A stretch of 53,466 nt of DNA from Candidatus Methylomirabilia bacterium (GCA_041497895.1 JBGQHJ010000016.1:1-53466), one strand, 5' to 3'; shown: positions 19,147 through 28,645, counted from the stretch's first letter. Numbers and translations are program-made. The notes: generated by a model from the letters alone, not told the origin.

Positions 19147-20084
19147 GCGCGCACCTCGTAGCGCACGTAGTCGTGCTCGCAGGGTGGGCCGACCGCGATC
19201 TCCATCTGCCCCGCGTCGAGGTCCGAGATGATCGAGGCGAAGCTGTAGGAGACGCGCTCGCCCGGGTGGGCGCAGATCGAGTGGGGCCGGTTGCCATGGT
19301 CGCGCAGCACCATCTTGAGCGTGTCCGCGTCGAGCCGGCCGCGGTGGGCCTCCAGCAGGGCCGCGATGCGCTCGTGCCGGCAGGTGGAGTTGTGGAGCTC
19401 GTCGGCGGTCGCGGTCTCGTGCGCGGCCATGCCGGGCAGCACGTGGTGGTTGGCGTGCACGAGACAGCCGTCGCCCCAGACGAGCGCGTGCTCCTGCGCG
19501 GTGGTCTCGATGTCCACCATCGCGCCGGCGCGGTCGGACAGGAGCAGGAGGAAGTTGGCGTCGGTGGAGAGGCCCTCGCTGCTCATCCCGAGGTAGCTGA
19601 TCTGGCCGGCGGGCACGAGCATGGTGACCGCCGCCTTGCCGGTGACCGCGAAGGTGAGCACCGCGCTGAAGGCCTCGATGCCGCCGGCGAGGTCGGCGTT
19701 CTGGCCCGCGAAGGTCCCGCCGGTTCGGGTATAGGGTCCCGAGACCGCGAAGCTCGTGCACTCGAGGTCCACGGTGCCGAAGCGGGCCACGTGCGCGACC
19801 TCCTGGCGTACCTGGAGCAGCAGCGCCTCCGCGCGGTCGATGCCGGCGCCCTCGGCCACGCCCTCGATCTCGTCGAGGAAGTGGGGCGCCGTCTCGCCGA
19901 TCAGCGGCCCGAAGGCCAGGGCCCAGCGGCGCGCGGTCTCCGGTGCGAGGCTCGAGCGCCGGGCGCTCTGGGCATAGATCAGCTCGAGGTGCGCGCGGAT
20001 CTCCGCGCGCAGGGCCTCGCCGTGCTGCCGGCCGACTGCACGGTGGCTGCCGTGCAGATGATGTTGGGGGAACCGGGCGATCAT
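19143..20084 (-). CDS. C45-family Ntn hydrolase/acyltransferase, possibly with an internal deletion
   Basis: GRQHG, E-CTSF autocleavage Cys, GQNAD, HANH, LRDH...SICAH, GPPC. Confidence 0.85.
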   Translation of the reverse strand: MIARFPQHHLHGSHRAVGRQHGEALRAEIRAHLELIYAQSARRSSLAPETARRWALAFGPLIGETAPHFLDEIEGVAEGAGIDRAEALLLQVRQEVAHVARFGTVDLECTSFAVSGPYTRTGGTFAGQNADLAGGIEAFSAVLTFAVTGKAAVTMLVPAGQISYLGMSSEGLSTDANFLLLLSDRAGAMVDIETTAQEHALVWGDGCLVHANHHVLPGMAAHETATADELHNSTCRHERIAALLEAHRGRLDADTLKMVLRDHGNRPHSICAHPGERVSYSFASIISDLDAGQMEIAVGPPCEHDYVRYEVRA

Positions 20085-21475
20085 GCCGCGGCCTCCGGGC
20101 AGACCTCGGGGATCACGCGGTCGAGCACCGAGACGATCCGGTCGATCTCGGAGCGGGTGAGCACCAGCGGGGGCGCCAGCACCAGGGTGTTGCCGAGGTG
20201 GCGGCCGCCGCCCGAGCGGCCGACGATCACGCCCAGCTCCTGGCAGCGCTCGACGATCCTCTTGATCTGGGCCTGGGGCATCACCGCCTTCGAGGCGCGG
20301 TCGGTGACGAGCTCGACGCCCGCGTAGAGGCCCTTGCCGCGCACGTCGCCGACCCACTTGTGCCGCGTCAGGGTCCGGAGCGCGTCGAGCAGATAGGCCC
20401 CGTTCTCGGCCGAGCGCTCGACGAGCTTCTCCAGCAGCAGGATCTCGATGTTCCGCAGCGCGACCGCCGCGGCCACCGGATGGCCGCCGTAGGTGTTGAC
20501 CTGGTTCACCTGCCGGTTCTCGGACGGGTCGCCCAGGAAGGACTGGAAGACGGTGTTGCGCACCACGGTGGCGGCCATGGGCAGGTACGCGCTCGAGATG
20601 CCCTTGGCCACCGTGACGATGTCGGGCTTGATCCCGGCGTGCTGGTGGGCGAAGAGCCGACCGGTCCGGCCGAAGCCGTTGATGACCTCGTCGACGTGCA
20701 GGAGGACGCCGTACTTCTTGCAGAGGTCCGCCACCGCGGGCAGGTAGCCGTCCGGCGGCACCGCGACCCCGACCGCGCTCATCACGGGCTCGATGATCAC
20801 CTCGGCCACCGTCTCCGGCCCCTCGCCCTGGATGGTGGTCTCCATGTTCTTGACGCAGGCCAGCTCGCAGCTGGTGGGCTCGAGCCCGAACGGGCAGCGG
20901 TAGCAGTAGGGCGGGGCCACGTGGACGAAGTCGTTGCCGGACAGCGGCTCGAACTTCGCCTTGCGGTCGCCCATGCCGCCGGCGGCGAGCGTGGCGAGCG
21001 TGGTGCCGTGATAGGCGTAGTACCGGCTGATCGCCTTGTAACGATTCTGCTGCGGGTACTCCTGTCGCCCGTACTGCCGCGCGAACTTGAACGCGGCCTC
21101 GTTGGCCTCCGAGCCCGAGCTGACGAAGTAGACGTGGTTGTCGCCGCCCAGGAGGCCGTTCACCTTCTCGGCGAGCGCGGCCGCGGGCCGGTTCATCGCG
21201 GTGTGCGGGTAGTACGAGAGCTGGCGCATCTGGTCGGCGGCCACCTCGGCCAGCTCGGTACGCCCGTAGCCGATGTTGACGCACCAGAGCCCGGCCATGC
21301 CGTCCAGGTACTCGCGCCCGTCGGCGTCCACCACCGTGGAGTCCTTGGCCGAGACGATCACGAGCTGCTGCTGCTCGAGCTGCTTGTGGGGCACGATCGG
21401 GTGGATGACGTTGTCCAGGTCCTGGCGGACTACAGAGGGCCGGTCGGGGGCAGGCCGGTCGGGGGTGGTCGGCAT
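20081..21475 (-). CDS. class III PLP aminotransferase (omega-amino acid / taurine-pyruvate type)
   Basis: YLDGMAGLWC, SGSEANE, YHGTT, DEVINGFGRTG and AKGISS motifs. Confidence 0.93.
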   Translation of the reverse strand: MPTTPDRPAPDRPSVVRQDLDNVIHPIVPHKQLEQQQLVIVSAKDSTVVDADGREYLDGMAGLWCVNIGYGRTELAEVAADQMRQLSYYPHTAMNRPAAALAEKVNGLLGGDNHVYFVSSGSEANEAAFKFARQYGRQEYPQQNRYKAISRYYAYHGTTLATLAAGGMGDRKAKFEPLSGNDFVHVAPPYCYRCPFGLEPTSCELACVKNMETTIQGEGPETVAEVIIEPVMSAVGVAVPPDGYLPAVADLCKKYGVLLHVDEVINGFGRTGRLFAHQHAGIKPDIVTVAKGISSAYLPMAATVVRNTVFQSFLGDPSENRQVNQVNTYGGHPVAAAVALRNIEILLLEKLVERSAENGAYLLDALRTLTRHKWVGDVRGKGLYAGVELVTDRASKAVMPQAQIKRIVERCQELGVIVGRSGGGRHLGNTLVLAPPLVLTRSEIDRIVSVLDRVIPEVCPEAAA

Positions 21476-21498
21476 GAGGGTCTCCTGTTCTCTCCCGG

Positions 21499-23139
21499 TT
21501 AGCGGGAGGCGCCCTCGCGCTCGAGGCCGGGGCGCGGGAGGCGGAGCGGCTCGACGGGCGTGGGCGCGGTGGCGGGGACGCTGGGCGCGTAGAACGAGGC
21601 CTCGTGCGCGCCGCGGAGGCACTGGCGGGTGAACTCGATCAGGTGGTGGCTCACCACCACGGCCTGGATCAGCTCCTCGATCTGACCGCGGCGCAGCGCC
21701 GCCCCGGCCACCCGCCAGAAGGTGCGCCGGTAGTCGCCGCGCACGCCGATGCGCCAGACGATGCGCCCGAGCAGGGCCAGGCCCGAGACCACGTTGCGCC
21801 GCGAGGCGCGCTGCGAGTTGCGGGGATAGGTCGGGCGCCGGGCGAAGGTGTGGGTCAGGTTGTGGGCGAAGCGCCGGTAGATGGCCTCGGGCGCGTAGGC
21901 CGCGCCGATGGCGCGGCGCCACATGCCGATCACGGTCTCCTCGGGAAGCCGGAACACCACGTTGGACTCGCGGCCGCCGTCGGGTCGGATGCGGCCGGCG
22001 GCGGCGAGCCGGTCCCAGAGCGGCGTCCGGGGCAGCGCGTAGAGGACGTTGATCGTGAGCATCGGGATCTGGGAGGCCTCGATGAACGCGATCACGTGGT
22101 CCGCGGTCTCTGGGGTGTCGGTGTCGAGGCCCATGATGATGCCGGAGACCACCTCGAGGCCGTAGTCGTTGAGCTTCCGCACCGCATCGAGGATGGGCAT
22201 GCGGAGGTTCTGGTCCTTGGACATCGAGCGCAGCGCCTCCGGCTCCGGGGTCTCGATGCCGCAGAACACCACCTGGAAGCCGGCGTCGCGCATGAGGGCC
22301 AGGACCCGCTCGTTCTTGGCGATGTTCAGCGTGGCCTCGCAGGCGAAGCGCACCGGAAATCGGTTGCGCCGCTGCCAGGCGACGAGGTGGGGCAGCAGGT
22401 CCAGCGCCGCCTTCTGGTTGGCGATGAAGTTGTCGTCCACGAAGTAGATGGCGAGCGCCCCGCCCGCGACCAGCGCGTCGAGCTCGGCCAGCACCTGCTC
22501 CGGGCTCTTGAGCCGGGCGTTGCGCCCGTAGAGCGCGGGGATGTCGCAGAACTCGCACGTGTAGGGGCAGCCGCTCGAGAACTGGATGCTCGAGATGAAG
22601 TACTGGGGCAGGCGGATGAGGTGATAGGCCGGGAGCGGGAAGTCGGTGAGCGGCAGGCGCGTCCCGGTGTCGAAGCGGAGCTGGGCGTCCGGGCGGCCCG
22701 GATGCTCGTCGAGCCACCGGATGATGGCGTCGGTCGAGTCGCCCATCTCGCCCACCTGGATGAGGTCGGCCTCCGGGTAGTGCTCGGGGCAGCCGGAGAC
22801 CGACGGGCCGCCCAGCACCACCGGCTTCCCGGCGCGGTGGGCCCGCGCGATCGCGTCGTCGATGAACGGCCGCTGCACGTGCATGCCGGAGAGGAATACC
22901 GCGTCCGCCCACGCCAGGTCGTCCGCGGTGGCCGGCCGCGAGTTCTCGTCCACGAAGCGCAGCTCCCACGACTCGGGCAGATAGGCCGCAACCACCAGCA
23001 GGCCCTGCGGCGGCATGAAGGCCCGGATCCGGCCGCCGAAGAGCGGGTACGAGTAGTGGAAGGTCCCGAAGGAGGGCGCGTAGCGCGGCGAGATGCAGAG
23101 GATCCGCCGCCGGGTTCGAGGCTCGTAGCGGGTGCGCAT
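21499..23139 (-). CDS. hpnP: B12-binding radical SAM methylase, HpnP-like hopanoid C-2 methylase
   Basis: SFGTF, AFMPPQGLL, SGMHVQ, GGPSVS, QFSSGCPYTCEFCDIPALYGR, CEATLNIAK, RESNV and HHLI match HpnP, as I recall it, end to end. Confidence 0.82.
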   Translation of the reverse strand: MRTRYEPRTRRRILCISPRYAPSFGTFHYSYPLFGGRIRAFMPPQGLLVVAAYLPESWELRFVDENSRPATADDLAWADAVFLSGMHVQRPFIDDAIARAHRAGKPVVLGGPSVSGCPEHYPEADLIQVGEMGDSTDAIIRWLDEHPGRPDAQLRFDTGTRLPLTDFPLPAYHLIRLPQYFISSIQFSSGCPYTCEFCDIPALYGRNARLKSPEQVLAELDALVAGGALAIYFVDDNFIANQKAALDLLPHLVAWQRRNRFPVRFACEATLNIAKNERVLALMRDAGFQVVFCGIETPEPEALRSMSKDQNLRMPILDAVRKLNDYGLEVVSGIIMGLDTDTPETADHVIAFIEASQIPMLTINVLYALPRTPLWDRLAAAGRIRPDGGRESNVVFRLPEETVIGMWRRAIGAAYAPEAIYRRFAHNLTHTFARRPTYPRNSQRASRRNVVSGLALLGRIVWRIGVRGDYRRTFWRVAGAALRRGQIEELIQAVVVSHHLIEFTRQCLRGAHEASFYAPSVPATAPTPVEPLRLPRPGLEREGASR

Positions 23140-23183
23140 GGGACGGGCGGGTCGCGGGCCGGGGGGCGCCGGGCCGAGGGCGG

Positions 23184-24071
23184 TCAGGCCCCGGCGGTCA
23201 CGGCGGCCGGCTGCTCGACGTCGAGGGTGGTCACGCGGCGCAGCTCGCGCCGGTAGAGGGCGTCGTCGAAGGGCCGGGCGCGGTGCATGGTGGCCCGGTT
23301 GTCCCAGATCACGAGGTCGCCGACCTGCCACTGGTGCCGGTACACGAAGCGGGGCTGCGTGGCGTGCTCGATCAGCTCGCGGAGGAGCAGGCGTCCCTCC
23401 GGGACCGGCCAGTCGATGATGCGCGAGGCGTGGGAGGCCAGGTAGAGCGAGCGCCGGCCCGAGCGCGGGATGGTCCGCACCAGGGGATGAACCGCGCCCT
23501 TGAGCGCTTCCTGCTCGTTCTCGGAGAACTCGAAGCCCAGCGTCTGGCGCGAGTAGGCGATCGAGTGGTGCACGCGCAGGCCCTCCAGCCGGCCCTTCTC
23601 GCCGTCCGGCAGCGCGTCGTACGCCGCGCGCATGTCGGCGAACTCGGTGTCCGCGTCCACCGGCGGCACCACCTTGGCCGAGAGCATCGAGTAGCGGCCG
23701 GGCGGGTCCTGGAAGGAAGCGTCGGTGTGCCAGAGCCGGTTGCCGAGGCCGTACATCCGCCTGCGATTGTCCGACTTCATGATCTCGCCGCTCTCGTCGA
23801 GGTTCGAGATGTCGCCGAGCGCCTCGTTGCCGAGCCGGTTCTTCTGGAGCGCGCTGATCCCGAGCTTGGTGTGGAGCCGGCCGTCGAGCCGCTGGGCGAA
23901 GTCGAGGTGCTCGGTGTCGCTCCAGATCTGGTCGCGGAAGACCAGGACCGCGAACTCGTCCATGCCGGCCCGGATCCGCGCGAGCGTGGCCTCGTCGCGG
24001 ACCGTCTTGAGATCGACCGGGCTCACCTCGGCCACGAAACACGGGTGAAGCTTGCGGAATGACAGCGTCAT
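23184..24071 (-). CDS. TauD/TfdA-family 2OG-Fe(II) dioxygenase (TfdA-like)
   Basis: WHTDASF, TEFADMRAAYD, HPLVR and WDNRATMHR motifs. Confidence 0.92.
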   Translation of the reverse strand: MTLSFRKLHPCFVAEVSPVDLKTVRDEATLARIRAGMDEFAVLVFRDQIWSDTEHLDFAQRLDGRLHTKLGISALQKNRLGNEALGDISNLDESGEIMKSDNRRRMYGLGNRLWHTDASFQDPPGRYSMLSAKVVPPVDADTEFADMRAAYDALPDGEKGRLEGLRVHHSIAYSRQTLGFEFSENEQEALKGAVHPLVRTIPRSGRRSLYLASHASRIIDWPVPEGRLLLRELIEHATQPRFVYRHQWQVGDLVIWDNRATMHRARPFDDALYRRELRRVTTLDVEQPAAVTAGA

Positions 24072-24092
24072 TGGGCGCTCCTCCCGGGACAG

Positions 24093-24121
24093 AATCTAGG
24101 CCCGGCGGGCCGGGGAGTCAA
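24093..24121 (-). promoter_or_regulatory. sigma70-type promoter for the dioxygenase-hpnP run (TTGACT-17-TAGATT)
   Basis: Near-consensus boxes followed by GGAGG RBS and ATG 24071. Confidence 0.65.
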
Positions 24122-24169
24122 GCAAACGGTCGCCCGCCTGTGCCAATATGCCGCGGGAGGAACCCCGCT

Positions 24170-25102
24170 ATGAAAGTCGGATTCATCGGTCTCGGCATCA
24201 TGGGCGCCAGCATGGCGTCCAATCTCCAGGCGGCCGGCCACGCGCTCGCGGTGCACGACGTGCGCCGGGCGGCGGCGGCGCCGCACCTGGCCGCGGGGGC
24301 GGTGTGGAAGGACACCCCGCGCGCGCTCGCGGAGGACGTCGACGTGGTCTTCACCTCGCTCCCCGGCCCCCCCGAGGTGGAGGAGGTGGCGCTCGGGCCG
24401 GACGGGCTGATCCACGGCATGCGCGCGGGCACCGCGCTCTTCGATCTCACGACCAACGCCCCGGCCCTGGTGCGACGGCTGCACGGGCTGTTCGCGGCGC
24501 GCGGGGTGCAGGTGCTCGACGCGCCGGTCAGCGGCGGGCCGGTCGGCGCCAAGACCCGGCGCCTCGCGATCTGGGTGGGCGGTGATCGCGCGGTCTTCGA
24601 TCGCCAGCGGCCCCTGCTCGAGGCGATGGGGGACCAGCCCTACTACGTGGGCCCGATCGGGGCGGGCGCGGTGGCCAAGCTCGTGCACAACTGCGCGAGC
24701 TTCACCATCCGCGCCGTGCTGGCCGAGGTCTTCAGCATGGGGGTCAAGGCGGGCGTGGCGCCGGAGCTCCTGTGGCAGGCGGTGCGGCAGGGGGCGACCG
24801 GGCGCCGACGCACCTTCGACGTGCTGGTCGACAAGTTCCTGCCCGGCGAGTTCGAGCCGCCGTCCTTCGCCCTGCGCCTGGGGCACAAGGACGTCTCGCT
24901 CGCGACCGCGCTCGGGCGCGAGCACGGCGTGCCGATGCGTCTAGCGAACCTGGCGCTGGAGGAGATCACGGAGGCGCTCAACCGCGGCTGGGGCGACCGC
25001 GACTCGAGCAGCTTCATGCTGCTGGAGGAGGAGCGGGCGGGGGTCCAGATCGCGGTGCCGCGCGAGCGGCTGCAGCAGATCCTGGAGCAGGACGGGCGGT
25101 GA
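24170..25102 (+). CDS. beta-hydroxyacid dehydrogenase (3-hydroxyisobutyrate dehydrogenase family)
   Basis: GFIGLGIMG, DAPVSGG, KLVHN and KD motifs; GGAGG RBS. Confidence 0.92.
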   Translation: MKVGFIGLGIMGASMASNLQAAGHALAVHDVRRAAAAPHLAAGAVWKDTPRALAEDVDVVFTSLPGPPEVEEVALGPDGLIHGMRAGTALFDLTTNAPALVRRLHGLFAARGVQVLDAPVSGGPVGAKTRRLAIWVGGDRAVFDRQRPLLEAMGDQPYYVGPIGAGAVAKLVHNCASFTIRAVLAEVFSMGVKAGVAPELLWQAVRQGATGRRRTFDVLVDKFLPGEFEPPSFALRLGHKDVSLATALGREHGVPMRLANLALEEITEALNRGWGDRDSSSFMLLEEERAGVQIAVPRERLQQILEQDGR

Positions 25103-27780
25103 GCCGCCGGGCGCGCGCGCTCCTGGCCGGGATCGTCGCGCTGCTGGCCTGGCCCGCCGTGGCCGCCGCGCAGGGCGAGCCGAGCCCGGCCCTGCGCGGC
25201 TACGTGCAGGGCCTCGACACCATCCGCCAGGGCCGCTACGCGGAGGCGGTGACCGCGCTCACCCAGGCCATGCAGGCCGCGCCGGATCCGGCCTTCACCC
25301 TGGCCCGCGGCGTGGCGCAGTGCCTGGGCGAGCAGCCCGGGCCGGCCATCGCCGACTTCGAGCTGGCCAAGCGCTCCGGGCTCAAGGGGCGCGAGGCCGA
25401 TCTCTGGACCTACACCGCGCAGATGATGAGCAACGGCCAGCAGCGCTCGAGCCTGGACAACAAGGGGCCGGGCGGCCGCGGCTGGTTCGGTGGCGCGCCC
25501 GGCTACATCATCCAGGGGCACGACGACTACCCGACCGACTACGCCTCGTTCGTGTACTACGAGATGGCCACGCCGTATGCCAAGGGCGTGACCCCGGCGG
25601 TGCGGGAGGCCATGCGGCAGGCCGGCGCGTGGTTCGCCAACCGCGCGGCCACGCGCGGGGACCTCGTGCCGGCCCACCTCGCGCGGGCTCGCGATCTGTA
25701 CGCGCAGGGCGCGTGGGCCGCGGTCCTCGACGAGGTGGCCTTCGTGCGGCCGGTGCAGCCGGCGAGCGGGGAGGTGCACCTCTACTCGGGCGGCGCGTGG
25801 CTCGAGCTGGGGCGCGCGGCGACCGCGCGCCGCGAGCTGACCATCGGCCTCACCGCCGAGACGCGGGTCCCCGCCGCCTACCTGGGCCGCGCCCTCGCGG
25901 CCGCGCGCCTGGGCGACGGCGTCCGCGCGCGCGCCGATCTCGAGACCGCCGCCCGTTACGACGCGGCTCTCGCGGGGCGGCAGCGCGCCGCCATCGAGCA
26001 GGAGATCGCGACCGGCCACGCGGAGGGACAGCCGGAGGCGCTGGTGGCCGCGCTGGAGGCGAGCGCCCGGTCCGCCGCGGCGCAAGAGGCCCTGGTCGGC
26101 CAGGCCCAGGCGCTCCAGCGGGCGATGGCCCCGCGGCGCCTCCGCTACGACGAGTGGTACCAGGACCGCGTGCGCGAGCTCACGGACGCGGTGCGGGCGG
26201 CGCCGAAGTCGGCGGCGCCCTACGCGGAGCTGGGCCGCTTCCTGATCGAGGAGGCCGACCTCGCGTACCGCGGCGAGGACGTCGAGCCGCGCCACGGCCC
26301 GCAGCCGTTCCGCTGGCAGTCGTCCCGGCAGGCCGAGCTGCGCCACGCGGTCGCCCTCTGCGACGCGGCCCTCGCCGCCCAGGCGGACCACATCGGGGCG
26401 CAGACCGTGAAGGCGATCGCGCTGGTGCGGCTGGGCGACGAGGCCGCCGCCGAGCAGATCGTCAACCGCGTCCTGGCCGCCGCGCCCCGGAACCCGGAGG
26501 CGCTCCGGCTGCGGGCGAAGTTCCTGGTGGAGCGGGCGAGCGCGCTCTACGCCCGCGCGGCCGCGCTGCGGGCGCCGCGCATCGAGACCAATTCCTACAC
26601 CGAGACGCGCTCGGACGGCGTCTATCGCGTGACCGAGACCCATTACTATCCGCCCTCCGGCGAGGCGATCGGGCAGGCGGCCCAGCTCGAGGCCCAGGCC
26701 GCCGAGCTGATGCGGGCCTCGCGGGCCGCCCTCGACGCGGCGCTGGCGGTGCTGCGGAACACGTTCGAGGGCGACATGCTGCAGGCCGAGGTGGAATCCG
26801 CCGCCGGCCGCCCCGACGCGGCCTTCGCCGCACTCGCCAGCGCGCTGCGGCGGCAGCCGCGGTCGCTCGAGGCGAACCAGACGCTGGCCGAGCTCTACCG
26901 GAGACTCGGCCGCGTCGACGAGTCGGACCGGCAGATGTCGGTCACCACCAACCTGGTGCACACCAACGCGGGCTGGCTCCTGCGCATGGCCTGGCGCAAG
27001 GCGATGGGGCGCGATCCGGCGGGGGCGCGCGCCGCGCTCGACGAGGCGCGTCGCCTCGATCCCACCGACGCGCGGGTGCCCGCCTACGCGGGCGCCCTGC
27101 TGGCCGAGCAGGGCCGGGCGCAGGAGGCGGAGGCCGCCTATCGGGTCGCGCTCGCCCTCGAGCAGGCGCGGCTGCGCATGGACGAGGGCAAGGGTGGCAG
27201 CGTGCTACCGCGCGAGGCGGAGGAGCTCGCCACCCTCATGAAGATGCGCAACGCGCTCGCGGCCGCGCGGCTCGAGCGCGAGCCCCAGGGCGCGCTCGAG
27301 TACTACCTGCCCAACGCCACGCTGGCCCGGCGCATCACCCGCGGCGGGCGGGCCGCGCAGATGTTCGGCGCGATGCTGCCGGACCCGAGCGCGCCCGCGA
27401 TCCCGGTGCCCGCGCCGCCCAACGCGGCGCAGCTCATGGCCGAGGCCTACAACGGGGCCGGCCGGGCCTACAAGGCGCTCGGGCGGACGCAGGAGGCGGC
27501 CCGGCAGTACCAGGCCGCGATCGACCTCACCCGCAAGCCTGGCGTGCCCGGCGTCGGCAGCAGCCGCCCCGGCGACACCAACTTCGCCGGCGACGCGGGC
27601 GGCGGGGTGGCCGCGGAGTCCTTCATCGAGGTGGTGCGGGCGGCGCTGGCGCGCGGCGACTGCCAGGGCGCGGCCGCCACGATGCGGCGCGCCACCGAGG
27701 CGCGCTTCCCGCCGGCCAAGCGAGAGGAAGCGAACCGCCTCCAGTTCGAGATCGCCCGTTGCTTCCAGGGGCGCCGGTAG
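25099..27780 (+). CDS. large exported TPR-repeat protein of unknown function (893 aa)
   Basis: GTGA overlap; signal peptide ending AAA-Q; many Ala-rich TPR-like helices. Confidence 0.75.
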   Translation: MSRRARALLAGIVALLAWPAVAAAQGEPSPALRGYVQGLDTIRQGRYAEAVTALTQAMQAAPDPAFTLARGVAQCLGEQPGPAIADFELAKRSGLKGREADLWTYTAQMMSNGQQRSSLDNKGPGGRGWFGGAPGYIIQGHDDYPTDYASFVYYEMATPYAKGVTPAVREAMRQAGAWFANRAATRGDLVPAHLARARDLYAQGAWAAVLDEVAFVRPVQPASGEVHLYSGGAWLELGRAATARRELTIGLTAETRVPAAYLGRALAAARLGDGVRARADLETAARYDAALAGRQRAAIEQEIATGHAEGQPEALVAALEASARSAAAQEALVGQAQALQRAMAPRRLRYDEWYQDRVRELTDAVRAAPKSAAPYAELGRFLIEEADLAYRGEDVEPRHGPQPFRWQSSRQAELRHAVALCDAALAAQADHIGAQTVKAIALVRLGDEAAAEQIVNRVLAAAPRNPEALRLRAKFLVERASALYARAAALRAPRIETNSYTETRSDGVYRVTETHYYPPSGEAIGQAAQLEAQAAELMRASRAALDAALAVLRNTFEGDMLQAEVESAAGRPDAAFAALASALRRQPRSLEANQTLAELYRRLGRVDESDRQMSVTTNLVHTNAGWLLRMAWRKAMGRDPAGARAALDEARRLDPTDARVPAYAGALLAEQGRAQEAEAAYRVALALEQARLRMDEGKGGSVLPREAEELATLMKMRNALAAARLEREPQGALEYYLPNATLARRITRGGRAAQMFGAMLPDPSAPAIPVPAPPNAAQLMAEAYNGAGRAYKALGRTQEAARQYQAAIDLTRKPGVPGVGSSRPGDTNFAGDAGGGVAAESFIEVVRAALARGDCQGAAATMRRATEARFPPAKREEANRLQFEIARCFQGRR

Positions 27781-27784
27781 CGGC

Positions 27785-28642
27785 TCAGCCCTTGAGGCCG
27801 CTCAGGCGGACGCCCTCGACGATGCGGCGGTTGGCGACGATGAAGACGACCAGGAGCGGCAGGGCGCTCAGCGCCGCGCCCGCCATGATCGGCCCGTAGG
27901 ACTCGGAGCTGTAGGCGCTCCGCAGGAGCGCCAGCGCCACCGGGAGCGGGAACATCTCCGGCTTGTTGACCGCGATGAGCGGCCACAGGAAGTCGTTCCA
28001 CGCCGAGCGGAAGGCGAAGATGGCGAGCGCGGCCAGCACCGGCTGCGACAGGGGCAGGATTATCCGAGAGAAGACTTGCCATGGACCCGCGCCGTCGATC
28101 AAGGCCGCGTCCTCCAGCTCGCGCGGCATCGTCAGGAAGAACTGGCGCAGCAGGAAGACCCCGAACGCGAAGAGCATCGCCGCCTCCGGCACGATCAAGC
28201 CCTGGTAGGTGCTGAGCCAGCCGAGCCGCTGGGTGAGCACGTACTGGGGGACCAGGAGCACCGCGTTCGGGATCATCAGGCTGCCGACCAGCATCACGAA
28301 GACCAGGTCGCGCCCGGGGAAGCGCATGCGGGCGAGGGGATAGGCGGCCATCGCGCTGGTGGCGAGGACGACCAGCACGCTGCCGGTGGCCACCACCAGG
28401 CTGTTGACGAAGGCGCGGCCGATCCGGGCGGTGCGCGATGAGCCGAAGAGCACCTCGTAGTAGTGGGCGCCGGTCGCCGGCCACGGGATCCACTCGGGTG
28501 GGAGGCGGATGATGTTCTCGCTCGGCTTGAGCGAGGTCACCACCACCCACGCGATCGGCGAGAGCCAGAGCACGGCGAGGGCGAGCAGGGCCGCGGTCAG
28601 CGCCCAGCGCTGCCGGTCGAGGGGACGGCCCGCGCGCGCCAT
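27785..28642 (-). CDS. carbohydrate ABC transporter permease
   Basis: ELEDAALIDGA EAA loop; WNDFLWP. Confidence 0.93.
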   Translation of the reverse strand: MARAGRPLDRQRWALTAALLALAVLWLSPIAWVVVTSLKPSENIIRLPPEWIPWPATGAHYYEVLFGSSRTARIGRAFVNSLVVATGSVLVVLATSAMAAYPLARMRFPGRDLVFVMLVGSLMIPNAVLLVPQYVLTQRLGWLSTYQGLIVPEAAMLFAFGVFLLRQFFLTMPRELEDAALIDGAGPWQVFSRIILPLSQPVLAALAIFAFRSAWNDFLWPLIAVNKPEMFPLPVALALLRSAYSSESYGPIMAGAALSALPLLVVFIVANRRIVEGVRLSGLKG

Positions 28643-28645
28643 CGC

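Noticed and set aside
20081..21475. hpnO assignment for the aminotransferase next to hpnP
   Set aside because: Motifs resemble omega-amino acid / taurine-pyruvate transaminases; adjacency alone is insufficient
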